Shown here one piece after another: positions 22,441 to 34,600 of a stretch of DNA of 47,092 nt (position 1 is its first letter; every line of letters begins with the position of its first letter). Origin of the DNA: Basidiobolus meristosporus CBS 931.73 (lineage: Eukaryota; Fungi; Basidiobolomycota); contig MCFE01000676.1 in the NCBI GenBank assembly GCA_002104905.1, positions 1 through 47,092 on the forward strand, given 5' to 3'. The notes under the pieces are model-generated. The model had not been told where the DNA came from. It did not search any database and worked only from the letters and a program-made list of their open reading frames with translations. The translations under genes and the position numbers were made by a program.

Positions 22441-25400
22441 CTAAAGTTGAGAGGGTTCTCCTGAATCTCTTTTCTTGTGATACCAATATCTTGATGGTTC
22501 AGTATTATCAGCAAGTTTTGCAAGCTTGAGTCTGTCCCTATGCACTAAGTCTTCCCGGATATTGCCTTGTTTGTCCACCAGTTGGTAAGTTGCAAATGGA
22601 CATTCTCTGATGATCTTGAATGGTCCTGTCCATTGTGGCTCAAACTTCTTCCGAGTGTTGTTTCTTAGCAATACAAAGTTCCCAACTGTCAATGCTTCTG
22701 GTGCTATAGTCTTATCAAATCTCTGCTTCATCTTTTCTGCACTTTGAGATACTTTGGTCTGTGCCTCTTGACGTCTTTGTTCCAGTTGCTGGTGTCTACT
22801 TGGCTGACTGAGTTCATCTTCTAAGGTGTCTGTAAGCTTTGGTTGTGTGAGATCTCCTGGAATCCTTGGTTCACATCCATAAACTAAGTAAAATGGTGAT
22901 TGCTGGGTGGTGTTGTGTACTCTGACTCTGCATGCAAAGAGTGCTTGGTCTATATACTCATCCCATCTACTGACAACTCCATTTGCATACTTGGTCAGCA
23001 TTTTTCCAAATAATCCATTAAACCGCTCAGTGACTCCATTAGTTCTGGGGTGATATGCCGAGGTTTTCAAGTGTCTGATCTGCTGCATTTCCAGGTAAGC
23101 CTCTAATGTCTTTGCCATAAAGTTTGCACCTCTATCGGATAAGATCTCCACAGGGCATCCAAACTTCATCAGGATCTCATGGTAAATGAAACTTGCAACT
23201 TCTTGTTCACTGGCTATTGGTACAGCTTTAGCAACTGGCCATTTAGTGGCATGGTCAATTGCTACTAGGATCCAACGGTTGCATTTCCTGGTAGTTGGCA
23301 GTCTTCCAATAAAGTCAATTCCCCATCTCTCAAATGGTCTTACAGGCTCCAAAGGGAAGAGTTCGGCAATTCTTTGTGGCTGGCCTTGATTGATTTGGCA
23401 GTTTGGGCATGTTTTTACTAGCTTCTCAATGTCTTGTTTCATTCTGGGCCACCATGCTCTGGCTTTTACAAGGCTATAGGTTCCTTCAATCCCAAGATGT
23501 CCATATCCATTGTGTAGCTTATGTATTAAATCCAGGCGAGCAACATAAGGACAATAGGCAATAGGGCTTCCATCAACAATTCGGTAGAGTGTTTCATTCT
23601 GTACAACAAATTTGCTGGCCTCATCACGGATTATCTTCTTGATATCTTCATCCACCTCATTAGGAATGGCTTGGTCCTCCAAGTACTTTGGTAATAGGCT
23701 AGGCCAATCTGATTCATGCACCAAGTTGAGTTGTGCAACTTGATCTAATCTTGATAAGGCATCAGCAACCGTGTTGTTTTTTCCAGGGCAGTAGACAATC
23801 TCCAGGTCAAATTGCTGAATGTATTCACTCCATCTTGTCATTCTTCTAGAGAGTACCTTCTGAGTAAATATATACTTGAGGGAGGCATGATCAGTCTTCA
23901 CAGTGCATTTGACTCCTTCAATATAGCATCTCCATGTCTTCAAACAGTGTATTATAGCAAGCATCTCCTTCTCATGGACTGGATAGTTTTGTTCTGCTGA
24001 GTTCAGTTTCTTGGATTCAAAGGCAACAGGGTAGTCCTTTCCCTCGTGTTCTTGGCTCAGCACTCCACCAATTGCATAATCTGAAGCATCTGTGCATAGA
24101 GTGAACTCTTTTCTGAAGTCTGGTATTCTTAAGCTTGGCAACTTAGCAAGTTCATTCTTTAGCGTCTGGAAGGCAGTCTCACAAGCTATGTCCCACTTGT
24201 AGGTATTGTCTTTCTTGAGGATATCAGTTAAAGGGGCTGCAATACTTGCAAATGACTTGACAAATCTCCGATAATAGGAAACCATTCCAAGGAAGGATCT
24301 GAGTTCTGATATGCTATGGGGCTGCTTCAAATTCTTGATTACTTCCACCTTCTTGGGGTCTAAGGTTACTCCTGTGCTAGTCACTATGTGTCCCAGATAT
24401 TCTACGTGTTCCTTGAAGAATTCACACTTGGCTAGCTTGCCATATAGCTTGTTCTCTCTTAGTTTCTTCAACACCTTTTCAATGTGTACCATGTGATCCT
24501 TTTCTGTCTTGCTGTATATCAATATGTCATCCAGGTAGATTATCACAAACTTGTCTAAGTACTCCTGAAAGACAGTCTGCATCAGCGTCATGAATGTTGC
24601 AGGGGCATTAGTGAGGCCAAAACTCATGACTAAGTACTCGTAATGTCCATATCTGGTCCTGAATGCTGTCTTAGGGATATCTTCTGGTTTCACCCTAATC
24701 TGGTTGTATCCTGACATGAGGTCGATCTTGCTGAAAATAGTGGCTCCATTAAGTTGGTCCAAAAGCTCATCAATCCGAGGTATGGGGTACTTATTCTTGA
24801 CGGTAACTGAGTTCAGGGCTCTGTAGTCAATGCACATCCTAAGTGTTCCATCCTTCTTTTTCACAAAAAGCACTGGTGCTCCCCAGGGTGACTTGCTGGG
24901 CCTGATGTATCCTTGCTCCAATAGCTGATCAATTTGTCTCTTCATTTCCTCCAATTCCAATGGACTCATTCTGTAAGGTGTCTTGCTCACTGGAGGGCTA
25001 TCTCCTGTGTCAATGGCATGATCCACATCTCTGACTGGTGGTAGGCTTACAAGCTCATCTGGAAACACGTCTGAATATTTCTCCAAGAGAGTCTGGACCT
25101 GCTGGGGTGCTGGGGTAGAGGAATCCTCCTGTAATATCGCCATGAGGAACATCTGGGTACCTTTTCTAAGTGCTCTACAGAACTGGGTCTTGCTAAGTTC
25201 ACTTGTCTCACACACACTGGAATTGACCAAGTTGAAATCCAGCCTGGCAGGTAATAGCTCATAGGTCTTGTTGTCTTTTTGGATCTGAGTAGCATGGGTT
25301 CTCCAGTTGATTGATGGATTACGACAAAATAGCCAGGTTTTCCCAAGTACAAGGTCAAACTTGCAGTTCCCAAATATATAAGCCTGTAGGTCTTCTTCAT

Positions 25401-26574
25401 AGTCATTGATCTTCATTCTTACTGGCTGGGTAATACGGTTGATTATGTGGGAGTTCCCATCAGCTGTGGAGACTGAAGTTGATTTGGTAGGTTCCGAGTT
25501 GATTCCAGCTTTCAAAGCAAATTGCTCTGACATGTACTCATGCGATGCTCCTGAGTCAATCATGATCTTGGCAGGTACTCCATTGATTGCTCCATTCAGG
25601 TACAATAACTTCCCTGAGTTTGAAGTCATTTGGGACAAGTACTCTTCTGTCATATGGAAGGTGAGTTCCGAGTCTTCTTCAAGCTCATCTTCCTCATTAT
25701 TGTGTTCATGGGACTCAATATGGTTGAAGGTTCTTGTTGGCTGGTGTCCATTTCTTCTCTGAGGGCAGTACTTTGCAATATGTCCCTGCTGGTGGCAATT
25801 GAAGCAAAGTCCTCTCTTCTTGCATTCTTCTGAGGAGGGATTCTTCTGCATAGCGTCTATTTCCATTGGTACTGCTTCTGATTGTCTTCTTTCATAATGA
25901 TTATAGCCTTTCTGACTAGTCACTGTAGGCTTCCCAACTCCAAACATAGCTGAGTCATAGTCAATGGCAATCTTGATGGCTTCTTCAATAGTCTGAGGTC
26001 TTCGGTAATTGACTTCCCTGCGAGTTCTTTCTTTCAACCCATCAATAAAGTATTCAACTTGATCCAAGGGGTCCATTCTTTCAATTTGTCCAAGTAGACA
26101 TCTGTACTCATAGATGTATTCTTGCACCATTCCTTTCTGTCTGAGTGTCTTTAACTTCCTTCTTAGTAGTGTCTGCTGGTGTGGAGGTTCAAAAGCATCC
26201 TGAATTTCCGACACAAACTCATCCCAGGTAGAGATTGTAGAGCATCCCATCATAGTAGCTGACCTGATCTTGTTGTGGTACCACTGTAAAGCTGCATCTG
26301 CCAGGTAAGAAGCTGCATAATGCAACTTGCTCTCTGGAGCAATTCCTTTAGCTTTAAAAGCTTCTTCAATCTGAAAGAGCCAAGTTCCCAGGTTTTCATT
26401 GACTCTGCCATGGTACCGGTTGACCTTCACACTAAAGTTGCTCTTGACAGGGCTTTGTTGGCTTTGAGCCATGGTAGTCATTCCTTGTTGCTGTTGGCTG
26501 AGGATCTGGAGTAGCTGTTGCTGTTGGGCCAGGATTTGCTGCATGGCATTCTTCCATTCTTGATTGTCCGACAT
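22441..26574 (-). CDS. gag-pol: Gag-Pol polyprotein, 1377 aa (capsid, CCHC knuckle, aspartic protease, RT, RNase H, integrase with GPF/SH3-like tail)
   Basis: [14 protein letters not shown]; MIDSGAS; [19 protein letters not shown]; TDASDYAIG...DALSR; HNGYGH...CPNC; GIDF, SDRG, GVTERFN; WTGPF. Gypsy domain order PR-RT-RH-IN. Confidence 0.97.
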   Translation of the reverse strand: MSDNQEWKNAMQQILAQQQQLLQILSQQQQGMTTMAQSQQSPVKSNFSVKVNRYHGRVNENLGTWLFQIEEAFKAKGIAPESKLHYAASYLADAALQWYHNKIRSATMMGCSTISTWDEFVSEIQDAFEPPHQQTLLRRKLKTLRQKGMVQEYIYEYRCLLGQIERMDPLDQVEYFIDGLKERTRREVNYRRPQTIEEAIKIAIDYDSAMFGVGKPTVTSQKGYNHYERRQSEAVPMEIDAMQKNPSSEECKKRGLCFNCHQQGHIAKYCPQRRNGHQPTRTFNHIESHEHNNEEDELEEDSELTFHMTEEYLSQMTSNSGKLLYLNGAINGVPAKIMIDSGASHEYMSEQFALKAGINSEPTKSTSVSTADGNSHIINRITQPVRMKINDYEEDLQAYIFGNCKFDLVLGKTWLFCRNPSINWRTHATQIQKDNKTYELLPARLDFNLVNSSVCETSELSKTQFCRALRKGTQMFLMAILQEDSSTPAPQQVQTLLEKYSDVFPDELVSLPPVRDVDHAIDTGDSPPVSKTPYRMSPLELEEMKRQIDQLLEQGYIRPSKSPWGAPVLFVKKKDGTLRMCIDYRALNSVTVKNKYPIPRIDELLDQLNGATIFSKIDLMSGYNQIRVKPEDIPKTAFRTRYGHYEYLVMSFGLTNAPATFMTLMQTVFQEYLDKFVIIYLDDILIYSKTEKDHMVHIEKVLKKLRENKLYGKLAKCEFFKEHVEYLGHIVTSTGVTLDPKKVEVIKNLKQPHSISELRSFLGMVSYYRRFVKSFASIAAPLTDILKKDNTYKWDIACETAFQTLKNELAKLPSLRIPDFRKEFTLCTDASDYAIGGVLSQEHEGKDYPVAFESKKLNSAEQNYPVHEKEMLAIIHCLKTWRCYIEGVKCTVKTDHASLKYIFTQKVLSRRMTRWSEYIQQFDLEIVYCPGKNNTVADALSRLDQVAQLNLVHESDWPSLLPKYLEDQAIPNEVDEDIKKIIRDEASKFVVQNETLYRIVDGSPIAYCPYVARLDLIHKLHNGYGHLGIEGTYSLVKARAWWPRMKQDIEKLVKTCPNCQINQGQPQRIAELFPLEPVRPFERWGIDFIGRLPTTRKCNRWILVAIDHATKWPVAKAVPIASEQEVASFIYHEILMKFGCPVEILSDRGANFMAKTLEAYLEMQQIRHLKTSAYHPRTNGVTERFNGLFGKMLTKYANGVVSRWDEYIDQALFACRVRVHNTTQQSPFYLVYGCEPRIPGDLTQPKLTDTLEDELSQPSRHQQLEQRRQEAQTKVSQSAEKMKQRFDKTIAPEALTVGNFVLLRNNTRKKFEPQWTGPFKIIRECPFATYQLVDKQGNIREDLVHRDRLKLAKLADNTEPSRYWYHKKRDSGEPSQL

Positions 26575-26621
26575 CTTGAGGGTGGTTTCTTCTTTTCTTC
26601 AGGAGGGAGGTTTCTGGTTAT

Positions 26622-26632
26622 CGCTGCTACCA
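26622..26632 (-). other. Primer-binding site TGGTAGCAGCG (tRNA 3' end, probably iMet)
   Basis: One base after the 5' LTR; TGG complements CCA; resembles iMet-type PBS (TGGTAGC...). Variants in B (36184-36194) and D (41348-41358). Confidence 0.8.
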
Positions 26633-26633
26633 A

Positions 26634-27001
26634 TGTTACAAGTCTTGGTATAAGAGTTGTAGAGGAATAGGGAGTTTAGCTAGTATTGTATTCACTAAAA
26701 CTTGAACTGATTTTTATTGAGGTTCCAGCAGCTCCTTATATACATTTTGCCAGATCAATTGCTGACTAATTGTATTTCCTAATGTAGGTTGTGGCTGATG
26801 ACTCATTTGATTGCATCATCATCACCCAATAAGATCCTACTTAATATATCTATTTCTGTCTGATAAGGATCTGCTGATTCATTTGCTGACTAATGCTACT
26901 GATTTCATAGATAATACTGATATACTGATAACCTAAACATATACTAATTGATTTGACTAAAAACTGATCTAACTTAAACATTCAAGCGGCAGATCATAAC
27001 A
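26634..27001 (-). repeat. Gypsy A 5' LTR
   Basis: Direct repeat of 22063-22430, adjacent to the PBS. Confidence 0.98.
26713..26960 (-). promoter_or_regulatory. Putative LTR promoter: TATATAA (26736-26742), AATAAA (26713-26718), upstream AP-1/Gcn4-like sites
   Basis: ATGACTCAT at 26798-26806; TGACTAA at 26763, 26887 and 26954. These are motif matches only, with no functional data. Confidence 0.55.
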
Positions 27002-30000
27002 GTAGAAACACCTTTGGAAGGTTGCTAGATAAACAATAACCAGCTCACCCAGTTGTTGCATATGTGTTACTATGTATGAGTATGAGTGCTAATTAGAGCT
27101 TTTGAGAAGTACTATTGGTAGATTATTTGCTCTGATATCTAGCCAGTTCTTTCAAGTGTTTCTGGTACCTGAAGGGCCTATTTAGTACAAATACCCCATG
27201 TACAACTTATTATTAATATAGGGATGTTGGTGAAGAGCAAATGCATTGCTCCTTGTGAAAACTTTTTCATCCACAAATTCTATCTATCTTGGATATTCTC
27301 AATTTTCAGTTGATTTCACATTCTAGCCAATGTGTTATAGATTACCAAATTTGCCGCAATTGCATACTGGCTTTTGTAAGTTCTCTCTGTGGAACAATGC
27401 GCTGAGTGTTGGTATTTAGATAAAAGCAGTATGAATGAGAATTGGAGAGATTCCCCTGGATATCACACACTCAGCAACAATACATTTTATTGGGCCCAGA
27501 AAAGCCAGCAATTGGGTTGATGACTGGGTATCTCCAATGCTGGTAACAATATGCATACTAACATAATAGTCCATCAATTGCCAAGACTCAGGCATGGTCA
27601 TACACACCTTCAGAGTTGCCCATGCCTCTTAGTTATTTGGGATGCTTGCTGCTGAATACATAAGAAATGTTTGCACCTAATTGATACCAAGAGTGGCACT
27701 TTGTAGCTTTGCAGCATTTGTTGGACTGCATGAGCTACTTTACATTGGGTTTTAGTGGAATATATCCAGAGTGTCAGCAATAATGCTCCCCTAAGGAGGT
27801 GAATTCCCAGCAAATGGATACCTTGAAATGGTGCATTTTGTGATATCAATGCCACACAATGGCCAACACATATTGGTATCTGTATGGTCACCAGGTTGTA
27901 TGCTGACAGCCACTAAATGGTAGCCCATTTGTACCCTGAATGTGGTAAGTTACATCCTAGAATATTTTTATCATGAAGTAGCAGTAAATCATCAAAGATC
28001 CTGCACTGATTTTGGAAAAAGCATGCCACTTCTCTTGCCACAACATCACAATTTTCACCAACAGATGGATTACTAGGCTCAATTGGCCCTATAAAGTATC
28101 TTAGGTACCTTGTTACTCAGATGCTATTGATTGCATGTTGGGATTTTACTGGGCTTGTGCAGAATACTGTTGTGAGGTGAGATATGCTCAAAGTCCATCA
28201 GTGAGTCTTCTACATTAGACCAGTGACTTTACATGCCATATCCAGAAGGCAGTGGAGTACCAAAAGAATTAATAAGCTCACCTGACTTAGCTTGAGCTCA
28301 GTGAGATGTGTGATCAGGTGCCATTATAGAAATGTCTTGTCACCAGCAAAATATTATTAGTACAGTTGTGCCTGAAGAATTCTGAAATATGACTGGTGAG
28401 GCAAATCACTAGTTGCAATTCCTGTAACACTTCCTATATTGCTTGTGAGACTTATGGCTGATAGGCTTATTGAAGTAGTTGCACAGTCACTTCTCTCTTC
28501 TCTATGGCATTAATCAGAGAGGTCTTGTTCAAAGGGAAAATAGCTCAACACTAAACAACTTAAAGCTGGTATATCACTTTTTGTCAATGCTAATATGGTT
28601 TAAAATAATCATATATTTGAGATATTGCTCCTACAAAAATGTAACAGTTAATGATGACTCACCATAGTAGGTACTCTAAATGAATCTGTGGCACCACATA
28701 CACACATATATGTAATACTATTTTCTGCTTAGGTTTATTGATCTTATTGAATATGCAGTCTAATAATAATGCAAAGTATTCTGGTTCCCAATTAAGCCCT
28801 ACTGCTGACAGCAGCAGGAGATTTACTGATTAGCAGCTGGCTTTATATTCTGTGCTATAACAAGTTTCAAGAGAAGAAGAGAAAGGCCATTAAAGCCGTA
28901 TGTGTCAATGTGCAAGATTCCTTCATTGGACAAATTCCTGCTTAAAATCCTGCTCAAGCAGTATGGAAATCCTTAGAGAAGATCTTTAGAGCACAGTCAG
29001 TATTAAGCAAGCACCATTTAAAACAAAAGTTCTTTAACATGAGAAAGAAGCAAGATGATGACATGCTGCAACTCAATACCATAATATAGATATCCTCAGA
29101 TGAACTTGACAGTGTTAATGCTGGTATAGATGATGAAGAAAAGATACTTTGTCTGCTTTGCAACATACCAGACAAGTGTGAGCTATTCATACTTTCTTTT
29201 GAACCAGAGAAGATAATCTGACTTCAGACTATGTAAGAGTAAATCTGCATCATGAAGAACTAGGACACAATGATCAAGCAAAGAAAATAAAACATTATGC
29301 TTTGTTCACTCAGAAAGGCACATAGAGAAAAGAAGGGAAAGCAACAGAACCAATGAAAACCTGGTAGCTGTAAATACTGTTGGAAGCCTGGACACTGAGC
29401 AAGAGACTGCAAGAAGAAACAAGCAGTCAAAAATAGAAACTATGGCAGGCACACCATATAACTACAGATGAACAGTTATTTGTAACTGTACAAAAGAGTG
29501 CAAGTAACCAGAGTACAATTGATATATTAACTCTGGAGTATCACAGCATATTTGTAGTATAAATGGGTGACTCAGCAACTGAAAGACAATCCCTGCAAGA
29601 AAAGTTTATCTGGAAGACAACTTTGCACTGGAAGCCATTGCCAATGGGTCTATATAGCTAAATATGAGTAACTCATCAGGGGAAACAACAGCAAAACTGA
29701 CTAGCATACTCTATGTGCATGGGATTGCTAAAAACCTACTCTTGGTCAGTGAAGCAACTACTATGAGACCAAAGTTTGTTGTTAGTTAGCTCAGCTACTA
29801 AATATCAGGTGAGAAAGTACTAAACTAGCTTTGGGAATCAGAGATTCCTATATATACAAGTTAGAACTTAAGTTTATTATACCAGACAATGTCAGCATTG
29901 CTGAAACTGATAAAGTAGCTGAGAGACATGGTACGGGAGGCTAGGTCACATTGAAAAACAGAACATGAAGCAGTTGGCAAAAAATCAACTTGTTTTGGGC

Positions 30001-31627
30001 CTAAACTACTCAATCTCAATCAAATTGAGTGTCAGTAAGAGAAGTTTATATGACAAACAAGCTAGGCAACATTTTAGGAGCTCATGTGGCATTAAAGCAG
30101 CCAAAATACTGGCTATGGTGCACTAAGACATATGTGGGCCCACAAGTACACTCTCCTTTCAAAACAAGCAATATTTTATGTTGCTTGTTGATGGCTAGAA
30201 GAGCTATACATGGATGCACTCCCTCAGGACAAAGGATTAGGCTTTAATGGTATTCAAGCACTCCAAGAGCATGGCAGACACAAGCTGAGTGTAAATCAAA
30301 GGCACTTTGAAGTGACAATGGAGCAAAATATTACTCTTAAGAGTTTGCAAAGTACAGCTCTACTGGCCAGCTGCATAATGATGCAATTGGTACTAATAAC
30401 AAAGATCCATACCTAATTCAGCCAGGTACAGGAGATAATTCTACCAGTTCCAACACCAGAGCAGATTATTCCAGTTGGGAGATCTACCGGAGCAAGAAAT
30501 TCCCCTAAATCCTGGTGGCAGACATCCAATGATCATGAAGAAGCGTATCTTGCCTGATACTGAAAATGCCAGAATCTGGAACAGGCAACACAAGGTCCAG
30601 ATGCTACTATGTTGCAATAAGGCATGCAGGAAGTGGACCAATCTTGGGAACTGGTAGATTTACCCAATAGGAGAAAGTTAATAGGATGCAGATGGATCAA
30701 CAAGATCAAGATAGCCTCAAATGGTACTGTTGATAAATACAATGCTAGATTGGTGGCCAAAGGCTATTCTCAGGTCCAGGGACTAGACTTTAAAGAAATA
30801 TCTGCTCCAGTTGCCAATTTAACTCAGATGTGGACATCAAAATAGCCTTTCTAAAGCAGGATCTGCAAGGAGCTGCATATAAGAGCATCCAGAAGGTGTT
30901 ATGGGCCTAAAAGACATGTAAAAGGTGTATAGACTCAGAATATTAACTTGTGGACTATGGCAGGCACCCAGAGCATGATATCACAAGATTGGCACATTTC
31001 TAAAGGAGATTTGGCTCATTGATAGCACCACAGATTACAGTTTGTATGCAAACTGCTCCAAGAGTGTGTGATCATCCCAGTTCTTTATGTGGATGACCTA
31101 GTAGATTGCTACAAGTTTACCAGGAGGCACTTAAAAAGATGAAAGAAGACCTTTTCAGCAAGGCTGCAATGAAAGAACTTGGACAATTGAGCTATTCTCC
31201 TGGGATTGCAATCAAATTTGACATACCCCTGCAAAAAGCTGTACTGAATCAGTCTAAGAATTTCAGGGGCACTATTGTAGGCTTCAAAATGGAAAATCTC
31301 AAGCCTACAGCAACCTGAATGGGAATTTACTCAAGATTGAGCAAATTTTAACAAGTTTTGATTTAAAAATGCTCATATTTGCATCAAAACTTCCCCCATC
31401 AATCAATGATTGGTAGCCAGATGTCCTGTTTGTATATACATGTCCAGTCATTGCAATAGCAGTGGGAATAGTTGGTCAATATTTGAAAAATTATGGTTCA
31501 GATCATGTTATAGCAGTTAATTGGATTTTCTGATATCTGCATGGTATCAAAATATTGTATTGGAATACTCTGGAGCAGTGGAGGGGGAGTGTTTGAATGT
31601 TGAACTATTTGGCATCATTCAGCAGCC

Positions 31628-34600
31628 TGTTACAAGTCTTGGTATAAGAGTTGTAGAGGAATAGGGAGTTTAGCTAGTATTGTATTCACTAAAACTTGAA
31701 CTGATTTTTATTGAGGTTCCAGCAGCTCCTTATATACATTTTGCCAGATCAATTGCTGACTAATTGTATTTCCTAATGTAGGTTGTGGCTGATGACTCAT
31801 TTGATTGCATCAACATCACCCAATCAGATCCTACTTAATATATCTATTTCTGTCTGATAAGGATGTGCTGATTCATTTGCTGACTAATGCTACTGATTTC
31901 ATATATAATACTGATATACTGATAACTTAAACATATACTAATTGATTTGACTAAAAACTGATCTAACTTAAACATTCAAGCGGCAGATCATAACATTCTC
32001 CCCTACTAAAGTTGAGAGGGTTCTCCTGAATCTCTTTTCTTGTGATACCAATATCTTGATGGTTCAGTATTACCAGCAAGTCTTGCAAGCTTGAGTCTGT
32101 CCCTATGCACTAAGTCTTCCCAGATATTGCCTTGTTTGTCCACCAGTTGGTAAGTTGCAAATGGACATTCTCTCATTATCTTGAATGGTCCTGTCCATTG
32201 TGGCTCAAACTTCTTCCAAGTGCTGTTTCTTAGCAATAAAAGTTCCCAACTGTCAATGCTTCTGGTGCTATGGTCTTATCAAATCTCTGCTTCATCTTTT
32301 CTGCACTTTGAGATACTTTGGTCTGTGTCTCTTGACGTCTTTGTTCCAGTTGCTGGTGTCTACTTGGCTGACTGAGGTCATCTTCTAAGGTGTCTGTAAG
32401 TTTTGGTTGTGTGAGATCTCCTGGAATCCTTGGTTCACATCCATAAACTAAGTAAAATGGTGATTGCTGGGTGGTGTTGTGTACTTTGACTCTGCATGCA
32501 AAGAGTGCTTGGTCTATATACTCATCTCATCTACTGACAACTCCATTTGCATACTTGGTCAGCATTTTCCAAATAATCCATTAAACCGCTCAGTGACTCC
32601 ATTAGTTCTGGGGTGATATGCCAAGGTTTTCAAGTGTCTGATCTGCTGCATTTCCAGGTAAGCCCCTAATGTTTTTGCCATAATGTTTGCACCTCTATTG
32701 AATAAGATCTCCACAGGGCATCCAAACTTCATCAGGATCTCATGGTAAATGAAACTTGCAACTTCTTGTTCACTGGCTATTGGTACAGCTTTAGCAACTG
32801 GCCATTTAGTGGCATGGTCAATAGCTACTAGGATCCAACGGTTGCATTTCCTGGTAGTTGGCAGTCTTCCAATAAAGTCAATTCCCCATCTCTCAAATGG
32901 TCTTACAGGCTCCAAAGGGAAGAGTTTGGCAATTCTTTGTGGCTGGCATTGATTGATTTGGCAGTTTGAGCATGTCTTCACTAGCTTCTCAATATCTTGT
33001 TTCATTCTGGGCCACCATGCTCTGGCTTTCATAAGGCTATAGGTTCCTTCAATCCCAAGATGTCCATATCCATTGTGTAGCTTATGTATTAAATCCAGGC
33101 AAGCAACATAAGGACAATAGGCAATAGGGCTTCCATCAACAATTTGGTAGAGTGTTTCATCCTGTGCAACAAATTTGCCGGCTTCATCACAGAATATCTT
33201 CTTGATATCTTCATCAACCTCATTAGGAATGGCTTGGTCCTCCTAGTACTTTGGTAATAGGCTAGGCCAATTTGATTCATGCACCAAGTTGAGTTGTGCA
33301 ACTTGATCTAATCTTGATAAGGCATCAGCAACCGTGTTGTTTTTTCCAGGACAGTAGACAATCTCCAGGTCAAATTGCTGAATGTATTCACTCCATCTTG
33401 TCATTCTTCTAGAGAGTACCTTCTGAGTAAATATATACTTGAGGGAGGCATGATAAGTCTTCACAGTGCATTTGACTCCTTCAATATAGCATCTCCATGT
33501 CTTCAAACAGTGTATTATAGCAAGCATCTCCTTCTCATGGACTGGATAGTTTTGTTCTGCTGAGTTCAGTTTCTTGGATTCAAAGGCAACAGGGTAGTCC
33601 TTTCCCTTGTGTTCCTGGCTCAGCACTCCACCAATTGCATAATCTGAAGCATCTGTGCACAGAGTGAACTCTTTTCTGAAATCTGGTATTGTTAAGCTTG
33701 GCACCTTAGCAAGTTCATTCTTGAGCGTCTAGAAGGCAGTCTCACAAGCTATGTCCCACTTGTAGGTATTGTCTTTCTTGAGGATATCAGTTAAAGGGGC
33801 TGCAATACTTGCAAAAGACTTGACAAATCTCCAATAATAGGAAACCATTCCAGGGAATTATCTGAGTTCTGATATGCTATGGGGCTGCTTCAAATTCTTG
33901 ATTACTTCTACCTTCTTGGGGTCTAAAGTTACTCCTGTGCTAGTCACTATGTGTCCCAGATATTCTACATGTTCCTTGAAGAATTCACACTTGGGTAGCT
34001 TGCCGTAAAGCTTGTTCTCTCTTAGCTTCTTCAAGACCTTTTCAATGTGCACCAAGTGATCCTCTTCTGTCTTGCTGTATATCAGTATATCATCTAAGTA
34101 GATTATGACAAACTTGTCTAAGTACTCCTGGAGGACAGTCTGCATCAGGGTCATGAAAGTTGCAGGGGCATTGGTGAGGCCAAAACTCATGACTAAGTAC
34201 TTGTAATGTCCATATCTGGTCCTGAATGCTGTCTTAGGGATGTCTTCTGGCTTCACCCTAATCTGGTTGTATCCTGACATGAGGTCAATCTTGCTAAAAA
34301 TAGTGGCTCCATTAAGTTGGTCCGAAAGCTCTTCAATCCGAGGTATGGGGTACTTATTCTTGACGGTAACTGAGTTCAGGGCTCTGTAGTCAATGCACAT
34401 CCTAAGTGTTCCATCCTTCTTTTTCACAAAAAGCACTGGTGCTCCCCAGGGTTACTTGCTGGGCCTGATATATCCTTGCTCCAATAGCTGATCAATTTGT
34501 CTCTTCATTTCCTCCAATTCCAAAGGACTCATTCTGTAAGGTGTCTTGCTCACTGGAGGGCTATCTCCTGTGTCAATGGCATGATCCACATCTTTGACTG

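Larger units (their letters stand above)
22063..27001 (-). mobile_element. Ty3/gypsy LTR retrotransposon A, complete and intact (4939 bp)
   Basis: Two 368-bp LTRs identical by eye (TGTTA...TAACA), 4-bp TSD GTAG (22059-22062 and 27002-27005), PBS, PPT, uninterrupted 1377-aa ORF. Confidence 0.98.
22007..28865 (-). mobile_element. CMC/EnSpm-like transposon, copy III (older; transposase about 22007-28532 split by gypsy A, intergenic region, first about 110 bp of ORF2)
   Basis: 22007-22062 plus 27006-28530 align to 17555-19360. The intergenic motif GTGGCACCACATACACACATATATGTA is shared between about 28688 and 19516. Confidence 0.8.

Noticed and set aside
22431-22700. env gene or chromodomain after integrase
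   Set aside because: The ORF ends about 20 aa after the SH3-like HRDRLK motif and the stop touches the PPT, leaving no room.
23186-25833. Plus-strand ORFs of 60-120 aa recurring in A, B, C and D (e.g. 23186, 23812, 24311, 25406)
   Set aside because: They are antisense shadows of the gag-pol frame and recur only because the element is repeated; no recognisable domains.
33243-34454. Programmed readthrough or frameshifting at the in-frame stops of B
   Set aside because: A and C have sense codons at the same positions, so these are nonsense mutations.
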